The notes: a model not told the origin generated them from the letters alone. DNA of 46,555 bases from Planctomycetaceae bacterium (GCA_005773145.1 SXHS01000012.1:1-46555), one strand, 5' to 3'; numbered from the stretch's first letter, positions 1 to 8,851 are shown. Made by a program: numbers and translations.

Positions 1-1
1 G

Positions 2-1699
2 CAACACCCGGTTTACGCTGATTTGCGGGCCGGGACCATCGTCACGATCAGCGAGGACTCGGGCGTTTTTGAAATCCGCGACCAGTATCCGATCGATTTG
101 CCTGGCGACGGGGGGGGAGCACCCGGACACGACACGGGGTTTGTGTACGACTTAAACACCAACACATCCTTTGATCCTTTCGCAGGCAGCGATTGGCACA
201 TGCACTTGCACGTGGACGAGGCTTTCACGGATCTTGGTCTTCCGACACCTTACTTCGAGGGCTTTTCCGACGCTAAGGCTGACAACGATGATTGGCGTGT
301 CACGGTGTTTGATAGCACGAATAACACCATTGTAGCCCAGGCCGAGCAACCTGGCGTGATGACCGACTTGCTGACCGGTCGTCGACACGCGCCGCTGGGC
401 GAGGGGGACCTCAACTACACCGGTTCGGGCGTCAACAACCAGGAGAACTTCACCAACCGCGGCACACCGGGATCTGCAACCGTGTCCAATGACTTCGAGG
501 ACACCGACTTCTCGAGTTTCGGTATGCCCAATGGGTTCAACAACCTGTCGGAGCTCACGCTCGATGGAGTACAGGACTTCTCCGGCATGCGAAATCCGGT
601 ACTGAACAATACGTTCGATGTGAACGTGGCGGGCACGAGTAATTTTAACGCGGCCGGAAGCTGGAAGTTGGCCGACACTGGCAGCACGCCGGGGACCGGG
701 CCCCAAGCCGCCTGGACCACTCGCATTACGAATCCCACCCCCGTGAATGCCACGACCCAAGTTACGGCCAATGCAACCATCGCCTTTGCCACCATTCAGG
801 GCGTGAACAGTGCTACCGCCACCTTGGAGGTCCAGCCCGGCGCCACGCTGACCGTTGCCGGTGGCACCCAGCCGGGTCGCGTTTTAGTCCATGAGGACGG
901 CGTGCTACGTGTCGATGGTAACCTAGCCGCCAATACGGTGGAATTATTCGCTGAAGGGACCGTCCAGGGCGCTGGCACGATCCAAGGCACGCTGCGCAAT
1001 CCGGTCGGCAATGTAGCGCCGGGGAACAGCGCCGGAAAACTGACGGTTCAGGGCAATTACACCCAAGGCGCGGCGGGGACACTCACATTGGAACTCGGCG
1101 GAGCGACGGCCGCACGTGTCGCGGGCACGGATTACGACCAATTGAAGGTCACTGGAACGGCCACTCTCGCGGGCGCTTTGAGGATCACCAAACTGCCATC
1201 TCTCGTCGATTTGGGATCGACCATCCCCATCACGTTAGCCAACCGTGGCAAGTCGGCCACCTTTACGTTGCTTGACACAGACGGCAGTATCGTGGGTGAC
1301 TTCGCGACCAAGACATACGACGGCGTAGCGCTGAATGCGGAGGAAGGAAAGGGAATCAGAAAGTCAACGTCGATCGCTAACAACGACCTGATCTTCACGA
1401 TTTTTAATGCCAAAGCAGGCGATACTGACTTCGATCTAATCGTCTCGGCCACCGACGTTTTCAGGGCAGTGAATAATCTTGGACCAGCGGCCGTCGGGGG
1501 TGATTGGTCTCGGGGCAACTTCGACCTTGATAACTTGGTGAGCGCCACCGATGTGTTTACCGCTGTGAACAGTCTCGGTGCGTATTCCCCGGTGCCAACC
1601 TTTGGCGTCGCATCCAGCGTCCCCGAACCCTGTAGCGGGACGCTCGTCATGCTGGTGTTTGGATTGGCCGTTCCCTGCTGGCGTCGTCGCTGCCATTGA
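2..1699 (+). CDS. PEP-CTERM-anchored secreted repeat protein (5' partial) with beta-helix-like repeats and two dockerin/EF-hand-like repeats
   Basis: The frame is open to the window edge, with no stop upstream of the TTG at 23. The C-terminus VPEPCSGTLVMLVFGLAVPCWRRRC has the PEP motif, a TM helix and an Arg cluster. Gly/Thr/Asn-rich repeats are present (GTLTLELGG..DYDQLKVTGTATLAGAL). There is a tandem pair DLIVSATDVFRAVNNLG / DNLVSATDVFTAVNSLG. Confidence 0.8.
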   Translation, partial: QHPVYADLRAGTIVTISEDSGVFEIRDQYPIDLPGDGGGAPGHDTGFVYDLNTNTSFDPFAGSDWHMHLHVDEAFTDLGLPTPYFEGFSDAKADNDDWRVTVFDSTNNTIVAQAEQPGVMTDLLTGRRHAPLGEGDLNYTGSGVNNQENFTNRGTPGSATVSNDFEDTDFSSFGMPNGFNNLSELTLDGVQDFSGMRNPVLNNTFDVNVAGTSNFNAAGSWKLADTGSTPGTGPQAAWTTRITNPTPVNATTQVTANATIAFATIQGVNSATATLEVQPGATLTVAGGTQPGRVLVHEDGVLRVDGNLAANTVELFAEGTVQGAGTIQGTLRNPVGNVAPGNSAGKLTVQGNYTQGAAGTLTLELGGATAARVAGTDYDQLKVTGTATLAGALRITKLPSLVDLGSTIPITLANRGKSATFTLLDTDGSIVGDFATKTYDGVALNAEEGKGIRKSTSIANNDLIFTIFNAKAGDTDFDLIVSATDVFRAVNNLGPAAVGGDWSRGNFDLDNLVSATDVFTAVNSLGAYSPVPTFGVASSVPEPCSGTLVMLVFGLAVPCWRRRCH

Positions 1700-1750
1700 T
1701 AGGTTGTAGCGTTTCTTAGTGTTTGGTTTTTTTCAACGAGGAGATGTCTA

Positions 1751-2416
1751 ATGAGTGTACGATTGTCTGTTGTGCATGCCCTAGTGGCGTGTGGCCTGTG
1801 CTTGGCTGGCCAGAATGCCATGGCCGCACTAAGGATCACGGAGGCCGCCAGCACGTCCGGCGCGCCGATCGGCATATTGAACGGACAGGATTGGTGGGAG
1901 CTGACCAATACGGGTCCAGGCTCCGTATCCCTGAACGGCTATTCGTGGGAGGATAACCCGGTTTCGAATGACCGGGGCATTTTTCCGAATGGTATTACGG
2001 TCGCCGCGGGCGAATCGATCATCATTCAGCAGGGGCCAGCGGGTGTCGCCGCCGCGTTCCGTACCACTTGGAGTCTCCCCAACTCCGTGCAGGTGCTGGA
2101 AGGGTCGAGCTTTACCGGCCCCAATGGTTTCTCGGGGTTGGGTTCGAGCGGTGATGGGGTGAATCTGTTTGATAACACCAATACGCTGGTATCTTCGGTC
2201 ACGTTCGGTGCTTCCACCAGTGGCGTGTCGTTTGAATGGGACACATCTGGGGCCAGCCTGGGCCTGAGCGTCGCCGGCCAGAATGGTGCCTACCAAGTGG
2301 CCAACAGCCGGGTTGGTTCGCCGGGCGTGGCTGTTCCCGAGCCCGCCGCATTGGCGTTTCTGACAACGTCGTTGGCTGGATTGGCCTGCCTGCGACGACG
2401 CCCACTGGCCGCCTAG
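1751..2416 (+). CDS. Lamin-tail-domain (LTD)-like secreted protein with PEP-CTERM anchor
   Basis: Signal peptide MSVRLSVVHALVACGLCLAGQNAMA. LRITE..WWELTN..SLNGYSW pattern typical of LTD. C-terminal VPEPAALAFLTTSLAGLACLRRR. GAGGAG sits 8 nt upstream of the ATG. Confidence 0.8.
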   Translation: MSVRLSVVHALVACGLCLAGQNAMAALRITEAASTSGAPIGILNGQDWWELTNTGPGSVSLNGYSWEDNPVSNDRGIFPNGITVAAGESIIIQQGPAGVAAAFRTTWSLPNSVQVLEGSSFTGPNGFSGLGSSGDGVNLFDNTNTLVSSVTFGASTSGVSFEWDTSGASLGLSVAGQNGAYQVANSRVGSPGVAVPEPAALAFLTTSLAGLACLRRRPLAA

Positions 2417-2495
2417 TGGTTGATACGCCGGTAGTCGTTTTTGAGGACCTAACGGACCGTCCGAGAAGAAAAGAAGAGCAGTGCCTCACCGCGCT

Positions 2496-2529
2496 GGCTG
2501 TCGTGCGACACTCGTGTCGCACGGCAGCC
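2496..2529. terminator. Strong hairpin in a convergent intergenic region (candidate bidirectional terminator, no U-tract)
   Basis: The core GTGCGACA(ctcg)TGTCGCAC pairs perfectly and extends to about 15 bp with one G-U pair. It lies between the 3' ends of 1751..2416(+) and 2631..3674(-). A second 7-bp stem, CAGCGCC..GGCGCTG, is at 2559-2582. Confidence 0.35.
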
Positions 2530-2630
2530 TGCCCTCGCTGACGCTTCGGGTTACGAGCCAGCGCCTCATGATCATGGCGCTGCCCGTTGGGGCGTGATCC
2601 GGCCAGCGTCGAGTGTCCCCCGCGGGTGGG

Positions 2631-3674
2631 CTATCGACTGCGAGAGTACGGATAGCCGATGGGGATGGGGGTCAATTCGCTGTGGCCGAGCACGGCGTCT
2701 TCCGGGTCGGAGCCAGCGGCCGGAATGCCGAGGCGATTCAAGTAGATGTTGTCTTCCGTCTGAGGGCAATTGCCCAACGTGCATCCATTTACGAATTGCA
2801 CATGTCCATCCGCAAACCAGACGTTCCGTCCCCCTCCACCGTGCCGCCCCGAGACGTCCGCTGAGCGATCTCCCGGGATCGTGCTAAGATCAAGGCTATC
2901 GGCCAAGATGGGCGAGTCGGCTTGGCCGTTGTCTTTCACACCTTGGTACACACCCTGACTGAGCCACCCCAAGCGGTAGGCATAATCGGGTGAGGCCTCC
3001 CGCTGGATCTGCAAGCGGCGTGGTCCTGCAGCCCGTTGCCAATCCCCCAGGCTGGCCAAGGCGGTCGGTAACGTCATGGGGCTGGCTTGCTGCACGCTGG
3101 GACAACGCAGTTGGCTGGGGTCATTCATCATGCCGGCATCCACCAGCTCCATGGCGTATCGTCCCGCAAACGGCTCTGAGCTGGGGTAATAACCTCGGGC
3201 CAGTTGTGCGTACTCGTGTAATGCGTGCCCAGTGAGTCGCAGATTGTCTTGACAGGCCAATCGGCGCGCCTGATCGCGACTATGGGAGATGGTGGGAAAG
3301 AACAACATAGCGGCGGCCAAGCAGACGCCGGCGGCCACGGCGAAGTCGGCCATGGACCAACGTAGGCGGTCGCGGCTGGTTGCGCCTCGTTCGTCACCCC
3401 ACCCCGTCGTGCGGGTTTGGACCGGACCGACCCCATGCAGCTGGGGGCTCTGCGATGCGGCCACGTGCTGTCCCACGAGAGCGCAGGTCCGCTCCGCCAA
3501 ATCAGGAGGCGGAGGGGGCTGGTGTCGGCAGCAGGACAAGGGAGCAACGCGGGCGTCGAGCAGCCGCAGTTCCTCCCGCAACTGAGGGTCCCCCTCAAGT
3601 TGCCGACGTACCTCGTCATGCTCGTGAGCATCCAGCGCACCGAGCAGGTATCCCAACAGATTTTCGCGCGTCAT
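2631..3674 (-). CDS. Anti-sigma factor fused to a pseudopilin-like DUF1559 (H-X9-DG-type) extracytoplasmic domain
   Basis: It starts 8 nt downstream of the ECF sigma stop. The N-terminus LLGYLLGALDAHEHDEVRRQLEGDPQLREEL is anti-sigma-like. It has one TM helix (FAVAAGVCLAAAMLFF). This is followed by SRDQARRLACQDNLRLTGHALHEY and the C-terminal HGGGGRNVWFADGHVQFV, both typical of DUF1559 proteins. Confidence 0.75.
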   Translation of the reverse strand: MTRENLLGYLLGALDAHEHDEVRRQLEGDPQLREELRLLDARVAPLSCCRHQPPPPPDLAERTCALVGQHVAASQSPQLHGVGPVQTRTTGWGDERGATSRDRLRWSMADFAVAAGVCLAAAMLFFPTISHSRDQARRLACQDNLRLTGHALHEYAQLARGYYPSSEPFAGRYAMELVDAGMMNDPSQLRCPSVQQASPMTLPTALASLGDWQRAAGPRRLQIQREASPDYAYRLGWLSQGVYQGVKDNGQADSPILADSLDLSTIPGDRSADVSGRHGGGGRNVWFADGHVQFVNGCTLGNCPQTEDNIYLNRLGIPAAGSDPEDAVLGHSELTPIPIGYPYSRSR

Positions 3675-3682
3675 TGTGTTTC

Positions 3683-4327
3683 TTAGGGCTCAACTTGGGT
3701 TGAATTCCAGTCCTCGGTCAATTTGAGGATGGCCGCATGCACGCGACTCTTTGCCGTGCCTACGGGAATCGATAACACCTCGGCCGCCTCCCGGTACTTC
3801 AATCCTTGAAAATAAACCAGGTCGACCACCAACCGCAAACTCTCGGGCAGGTCCTCCAGGGCCTTTTGAACCCATGCCTGCTCCTCGCTGCCGGAAACCG
3901 TATCCGCCGGCCCCAGCCCACGGCTTTCCAACACGCTTCCCAGGTTACCAGCGGGGGCGTCCTCGCCGCCGGCGGACTGGTCGAGACTTACTGACCGATG
4001 CCGCCGGTTGCGACGCTTCAAATCGATAGCCTGATGCGTGGCAATCATATACAGCCAAGGCCTCACGCGACGACCCGCCTCAAACTGGTCACATTTGAGA
4101 TGCATTTGCAGGAAAGTCGCCTGAAACGCATCCTCGGCCAAATGCGGGTCGCCTAGGTAGCGACGCAGGTAGGCGTAAATCTCCCCTTCGAAGCGCTTAA
4201 CGAGCCGCGCAAAATCCCCCGGGACACCCGTCCGTCGGTAGCTGAGGAGCAGCTCCTCATCCGTCCGCGTGTCCGTATCCGGCCCGCTGTTTTCGCCACG
4301 TTCCCAAATCTTCAAGGCAGTACTCAT
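3683..4327 (-). CDS. ECF-family RNA polymerase sigma factor
   Basis: Region 2 (FEGEIYAYLRRYLGDPHLAEDAFQATFLQMH..RPWLYMIATHQAIDLKRR) and region 4 HTH (LVYFQGLKYREAAEVLSIPVGTAKSRVHAAILKL) are present. The ATG at 4327 gives about 214 aa. The ORF stays open up to a TTG at 4417. Confidence 0.85.
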   Translation of the reverse strand: MSTALKIWERGENSGPDTDTRTDEELLLSYRRTGVPGDFARLVKRFEGEIYAYLRRYLGDPHLAEDAFQATFLQMHLKCDQFEAGRRVRPWLYMIATHQAIDLKRRNRRHRSVSLDQSAGGEDAPAGNLGSVLESRGLGPADTVSGSEEQAWVQKALEDLPESLRLVVDLVYFQGLKYREAAEVLSIPVGTAKSRVHAAILKLTEDWNSTQVEP

Positions 4328-4627
4328 CTTGTTGTACGCATGCCTTCGGAAAAAGTTCGCCGACCCGGCGCCCCATCCCTGATTTTTTTCCACTGGGGCA
4401 ATCACCACAGTCGACAAAGGAGTGAAAAGTCACACAGCAGAACCTATGAGCAAAACCCGTGCCAATCCGAACGGAAGCCAGCGAACTGTGCCCCTGCCCC
4501 CTACGTAATGGCATAGGAGGACTAGGTTTTCGCTGGTTTATGGCGATGGTTGCCGGTCGCACATCGGCGGCCTGGGTCGGTATTTTTTTCAGGAAACCCC
4601 GCCATTTCTTACACGCGGTTGCATCTA

Positions 4628-4655
4628 TGGCAGCCGCTGGCAGCGGGCTGGCAGC
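4628..4655 (+). promoter_or_regulatory. Three direct TGGCAGC repeats phased at 10-11 bp in the divergent sigma/GT39 intergenic region
   Basis: TGGCAGC begins at 4628, 4638 and 4649 (tggcagc-cgc-tggcagc-gggc-tggcagc). The repeats sit in a 528-bp non-coding gap between 4417 and 4945. Confidence 0.25.
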
Positions 4656-4944
4656 TTTTCGTCGTCGTCGGCCGTTTGCGAGACCTTCGCGTATGCTTCC
4701 ATGGGGCCTTGAGGCCGCTAGCTCCGGTGTGTGGGGCGCAGATTTGGCGGTTGCCGGGGAGGCCTGTTGAATTTGCGCGTACCGGATCGCAGCAGACTGT
4801 TCAATTTTAAGTCGTCACATCTGCTCTCGGTGTTATCCGCCCGATTCGCTAGACTCTCCCACCCTGATTGGGCCCACGACGCTTGGCCCCGGGGGAGTAC
4901 CTCCGCAAGCGACACATCAGCAGGCATCGGGTTTTGGCGGAATA

Positions 4945-6702
4945 ATGTCCATGTATCAACCATCCGAACTGGGGCAAGGCTGGAGGCCGATCGCGACGGT
5001 GATGGGATTGTTCTTCGTCGCCATGCTCCCCTTCGCCAGTGCGTATCTCTGGCATCATCCGGACGAGCGGCATTATACGGATGCGGCCACTCAAATGATT
5101 CAACGGGCCGATTATTGGACGCCGAGAACGGCGGACGGCCAGCTGCGTTTCCATAAGCCCTATTTGGCGTATTGGCTCGTGGCGGCCAGCTATCGAGGAT
5201 TTGGGGTGAGCGCCGCATCGTCGCGAATTCCATTCCTCCTCGTCGCCTGCGGGGTGATTGGCTTGACGGCTGGGATGGCGAGGCTCATCAGTCGCGCGCC
5301 TCATGCGCCGCTATTGGCTGCGGCCATTGTGGCGTGTCACCCGGTACTGATCCTCAGCGCCACCCGCTCTATTCCGGACATTCTGTTATGTGCCAGTCTG
5401 TTATTGAGCGTGTGGGGGTTTCTGCGCATTACCGCGTTTGGCAGCGGTTCGCCCCGAGCGTATTGGGCCGCCTATTTGGGCGCGGGTTTCGGAGTCGCCG
5501 CGAAGGGTTTGCCCGCGTTGGCATTCCTTCTGTTCGCATGGGGGTTTGCCCTATTCAATCCTTGGCAGCGTGTGGCTTGGCGGCGTCTGCTGCATATCCC
5601 CAGCATGATCGTCGGCGGGGTGGTGGGCTTCTGGTGGTTTGTGGCGATGCATGCAATACACGGATCGGCGGCCATGCAGGGCTTTCTGGCCGATCAAGCA
5701 ACCCAGCGAGTGATTGCCAACCCCTGGCAATCCGTACGGCAGTTTCTGCTCTTCTTTGCCCTTTGCCTGGTACCCCTGGCGGTGTGGTGTTTACCTTTGG
5801 CCATGCCGTCCGTCGTCAGGCGTTGGCTGCAGCACCTGGATGACCAGCAGCGGCAGGCCTACCGATTCCTGCTGGGATGGCTGATTGTGTTTGCCGGCTT
5901 GGCGTGTCACGTGCAGGACCTTTCCGTCCGCTACACGCTCCCCATGGCTCCTCTCTTGGCGGTGACGGTGGCCGACATGATGGGTCGAATCCACCCGTCG
6001 AATCTCCGCAGTTGGCTGCGGGTGCTGCTGGTGATCGCCCTAGGAACGTCGTTCCTCGTGTTGATTGCGGGAACCACCGGTAGCTACCAGGGCCTTCCCC
6101 GGCGCGAAGATTGGGTGCCAATGGCGTTGCTCATAGGGACAGCGGTGGCGCTATGGCGTGTCGGGTGGCGGGGTAGCATGGTCGAGAATGCCGTCTGTCT
6201 GCCATCCGCCGTGGTGTTAGTGATGCTTGCGGCGCTGGTATCGGTGCGACATTGGGCCCTTCCGGATCAAGGGACCCAGATTGCCCAGTCCCTGGCTCAG
6301 CTTTTTCCCAGCTACGACCGGCCAGTTCCACTTTTGGCCAAACCGGCCCTGGCGAGTAAAGTACGGGTCGCGGCGCAGGGGCGCGCCGCCGTGGAGCGCA
6401 TACGGTTTAAGGACTGGCACACGGTCCGCAGCGCCGAGGTACTGGTGGTTCCGGAAGAACTGGCGGCCGATCTCGACCCCAAGACGTATCGATTCTATCG
6501 TTCATCGCAAGGATTCCGCGATCTCTCGCCTTGGGGCGTCTTGGCCTCCATTTTGAGTGGGAATCTGCCACGTTTTCTGCATGAGCGGCGAGATGCGTTT
6601 CTCGTTGCGGTACGGCACGAGCCGACCGAGGTCCAGCAGGTCTCGCACGACGGCCAGCCACCTGCGGGCCCCTCCCGTTTGACACGGCGGGTCGCTCCGT
6701 AG
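4945..6702 (+). CDS. ArnT/PMT-like membrane glycosyltransferase (GT39/GT83-type) with a soluble C-terminal domain
   Basis: About 12 predicted TM helices. The N-terminal loop HPDERHYTDAATQMIQRADYWTPR..FHKPYLAYWLVA matches the DE/periplasmic-loop signature of ArnT/PMT_2 enzymes. Confidence 0.75.
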   Translation: MSMYQPSELGQGWRPIATVMGLFFVAMLPFASAYLWHHPDERHYTDAATQMIQRADYWTPRTADGQLRFHKPYLAYWLVAASYRGFGVSAASSRIPFLLVACGVIGLTAGMARLISRAPHAPLLAAAIVACHPVLILSATRSIPDILLCASLLLSVWGFLRITAFGSGSPRAYWAAYLGAGFGVAAKGLPALAFLLFAWGFALFNPWQRVAWRRLLHIPSMIVGGVVGFWWFVAMHAIHGSAAMQGFLADQATQRVIANPWQSVRQFLLFFALCLVPLAVWCLPLAMPSVVRRWLQHLDDQQRQAYRFLLGWLIVFAGLACHVQDLSVRYTLPMAPLLAVTVADMMGRIHPSNLRSWLRVLLVIALGTSFLVLIAGTTGSYQGLPRREDWVPMALLIGTAVALWRVGWRGSMVENAVCLPSAVVLVMLAALVSVRHWALPDQGTQIAQSLAQLFPSYDRPVPLLAKPALASKVRVAAQGRAAVERIRFKDWHTVRSAEVLVVPEELAADLDPKTYRFYRSSQGFRDLSPWGVLASILSGNLPRFLHERRDAFLVAVRHEPTEVQQVSHDGQPPAGPSRLTRRVAP

Positions 6703-6953
6703 TACAATGGCGGGCGCTGCGTCGCACGCCGGATCCACTCGTCTCATCTTTGCTATCTGCACGCTTCGATCCACGAGTCTGCTCGAATCAAGATCGGTTT
6801 GGCGATTGGCGGGGCCGACTGCATACGTGCCTACGTAGATAGTCGCAGCGGGGGCTGTCTGCGGGAAAGGAGCCATTTATGACTGCCGTCATCCATCGGA
6901 CATTGGTGATCAATGCGGCGTTTCTTCAGTAGATCAAGGAGGACAACCGCGAG

Positions 6954-7355
6954 TTGCGGGACTTACTGGCCCGCTGCCGCAAGTTATTGGGCCCCAACCA
7001 CGAAACGCCCCGTAACGCCGAAATCATGGACCTCTTGGAGGAATTGTGTGATCAATTGGGCATGCACTTCGCCCTGGAAGAGGCCTTTGGCTACTTTGAG
7101 GATGCCATATACGAAGCCCCTCAACTATCCTCCGCAGCCGAGTCGTTGCGTCAGGAACATGCCGTGCTGTTTTGCGTATTTTGCGGTGTGACGGAGATCG
7201 CGGAGCGATTAAGATATCGTCATGCCAGCGTACGCCAGCGGCAGGAGTTGGCGGAGGCCTTTCATTGCTTTGATGCCGCCTTTTGTGATCATGAATCACG
7301 CGAAGCAGCATTAATCGTGCAGGCCATACAAGACGAAATTGGGGTGGGCGACTGA
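6954..7355 (+). CDS. Hypothetical protein; apparent N-terminus (6879-6929) cut off by an in-frame TAG
   Basis: 133-aa ORF from the TTG at 6954. The same frame continues upstream through a TAG at 6930 to an ATG at 6879, which is preceded by AAGGAG. The gene sits 22 nt upstream of a receiver gene. Confidence 0.5.
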   Translation: MRDLLARCRKLLGPNHETPRNAEIMDLLEELCDQLGMHFALEEAFGYFEDAIYEAPQLSSAAESLRQEHAVLFCVFCGVTEIAERLRYRHASVRQRQELAEAFHCFDAAFCDHESREAALIVQAIQDEIGVGD

Positions 7356-7377
7356 GACCATCTAGAAAGGATTTGGC

Positions 7378-7839
7378 ATGGCGCTGCCAACAACTGAGGC
7401 CGTAGGGCGACCGATGGAAATCCTGTTGATCGAGGATAGCCTGGTCGATGCGCGATTTGCGATCTTGGCATTGCGAAAGAGTGCCGTACAGCATCGCATG
7501 ACGCTCCTCCGCGACGGGCAGGAGGCTACTCAGTTTCTCCTGCGCGAGGGCATCTTTGGCCGGGCGCCGCGCCCGGACGTGATCCTGCTGGATTTGAATC
7601 TGCCGATCCGCGATGGCTTTCAGCTGCTGCAAGACATCAAGTCGTCACCCGAGTTGTGCGACATTCCAGTCGTGATCATGACCGCGACCGAGTCCCATCG
7701 GGATGCGCTGCGGGCCCAACTCTCCGACGCCGATTGGTTTCTTACCAAACCGGTCAACCTGCCGAAGTTCTTGGAATTGGTCCAGCAGTTGCGTACTCAC
7801 TGGCGTCACGACGTCATCCTGCCAGTTGAGGTGTGTTGA
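7378..7839 (+). CDS. Stand-alone response regulator receiver (CheY/Rcp1-like)
   Basis: ILLIEDSLVD (acidic pair), VILLDLNLPIRDG (phospho-acceptor Asp), VVIMTAT and LTKPV (Lys) are present. There is no output domain. Confidence 0.9.
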   Translation: MALPTTEAVGRPMEILLIEDSLVDARFAILALRKSAVQHRMTLLRDGQEATQFLLREGIFGRAPRPDVILLDLNLPIRDGFQLLQDIKSSPELCDIPVVIMTATESHRDALRAQLSDADWFLTKPVNLPKFLELVQQLRTHWRHDVILPVEVC

Positions 7840-7876
7840 CGAACCGTCGGCGTTTGTGGTCGCTTCGCGTTCCTCG

Positions 7877-8851
7877 CTACTTGTCGCACCGCTGCAGATA
7901 TTCCTGATAGGCGGCTGACACGTCGGCGTGTTGCGGCTCTGTCCCGGCATGCAGCCAGACGCCGTAGCGGAGACGAAACGGCTCCCCCGCTTTGACCTCT
8001 AGGCGGTAGGGTTCTCCGTGCTGGCTCCACGCCCTCCCGAATAGATTCACGGCCATAAAACCATAATCGCGGGCATGCACGCGGCTGGGACGCAGATTAC
8101 CGGGATGCGTCATCACGGCGACACCGGCGAAGCGTCCCTGCAAAGGGCCCGAGTAATCGACCCATTCCGACGCTTGCCCCCAAACTTCTTTGCCGTTTCG
8201 CCGACGGGCCGAATCGAGAATCCGTCCGTGTCCACCCTTGTCCACGCTAATGGGGCTGGCGACCCGAACCCCCAACCCCATCTCCTCCTGATCTCCAAAG
8301 GCGAATGGCATATCCGACGTGAACGTCGAATCCCAAATCAACCAATAACCCCTGGGCTGGACATAAAAGGTGAACCGACAGTCCTCTTGGCAGATGGTTC
8401 GCGACGGATCGTCGTGCGCCAGATAACGGTTGCGGACGGCGAATCCACCTGAGTCGCCTTTCCCTTGCGGCAGTTGCAGGAACTCGGCATGCTGGACGCG
8501 TGCCTTTAGTCGCCAGTAGTCCGAGCCGCTGATGTCACCAAACGCCAGCCACAGGCCAGGATGCAAGTCCGCGTGATCCGTCGCATCCTGCCCCTCAATG
8601 GGCGGGAAGTTGCGTGTGACCTGAATGCCCCCCGGTGCGTGTGCATGGTAGAAATAGGGGCGTGTGATATGGGGATCTTGATAAACGTAGGTGATGAGCG
8701 GATGTTCTCCGGCAGTAACGACCACCTTGCCGTCCGTGTGCGCGAATGCCAATGGCAGCGACTCGTCGGCCGAAGTCCCGACCGCACTCGCAAGACTAAT
8801 GGTCAGAATCAGGATGCCCCGCGCCCTATTCGTCAATCCGCGAACAACCAC
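7877..8851 (-). CDS. PmoA-like / DUF6807 family secreted protein
   Basis: PLITYVYQDPHITRPYFYHAHAPGG..DHADLHPGLWLAFGDISGSDYWR resembles the PmoA-family (DUF6807) signature. The GTG at 8851 is preceded by AGGAGG and followed by a signal-like ARGILILTISLASAVG. The longer ORF to 9013 would overlap the upstream gene. Confidence 0.65.
   Translation of the reverse strand: MVVRGLTNRARGILILTISLASAVGTSADESLPLAFAHTDGKVVVTAGEHPLITYVYQDPHITRPYFYHAHAPGGIQVTRNFPPIEGQDATDHADLHPGLWLAFGDISGSDYWRLKARVQHAEFLQLPQGKGDSGGFAVRNRYLAHDDPSRTICQEDCRFTFYVQPRGYWLIWDSTFTSDMPFAFGDQEEMGLGVRVASPISVDKGGHGRILDSARRRNGKEVWGQASEWVDYSGPLQGRFAGVAVMTHPGNLRPSRVHARDYGFMAVNLFGRAWSQHGEPYRLEVKAGEPFRLRYGVWLHAGTEPQHADVSAAYQEYLQRCDK

Noticed and set aside
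4418-4620. I looked for an autoregulated ECF-type promoter (GGAAC-like -35, CGT-like -10) upstream of the sigma gene.
   Set aside because: I found only weak candidates, for example AAACC..N19..CGTA on the minus strand around 4505-4540, with off-consensus spacing. This cannot be supported without a motif model or a mapped transcription start.
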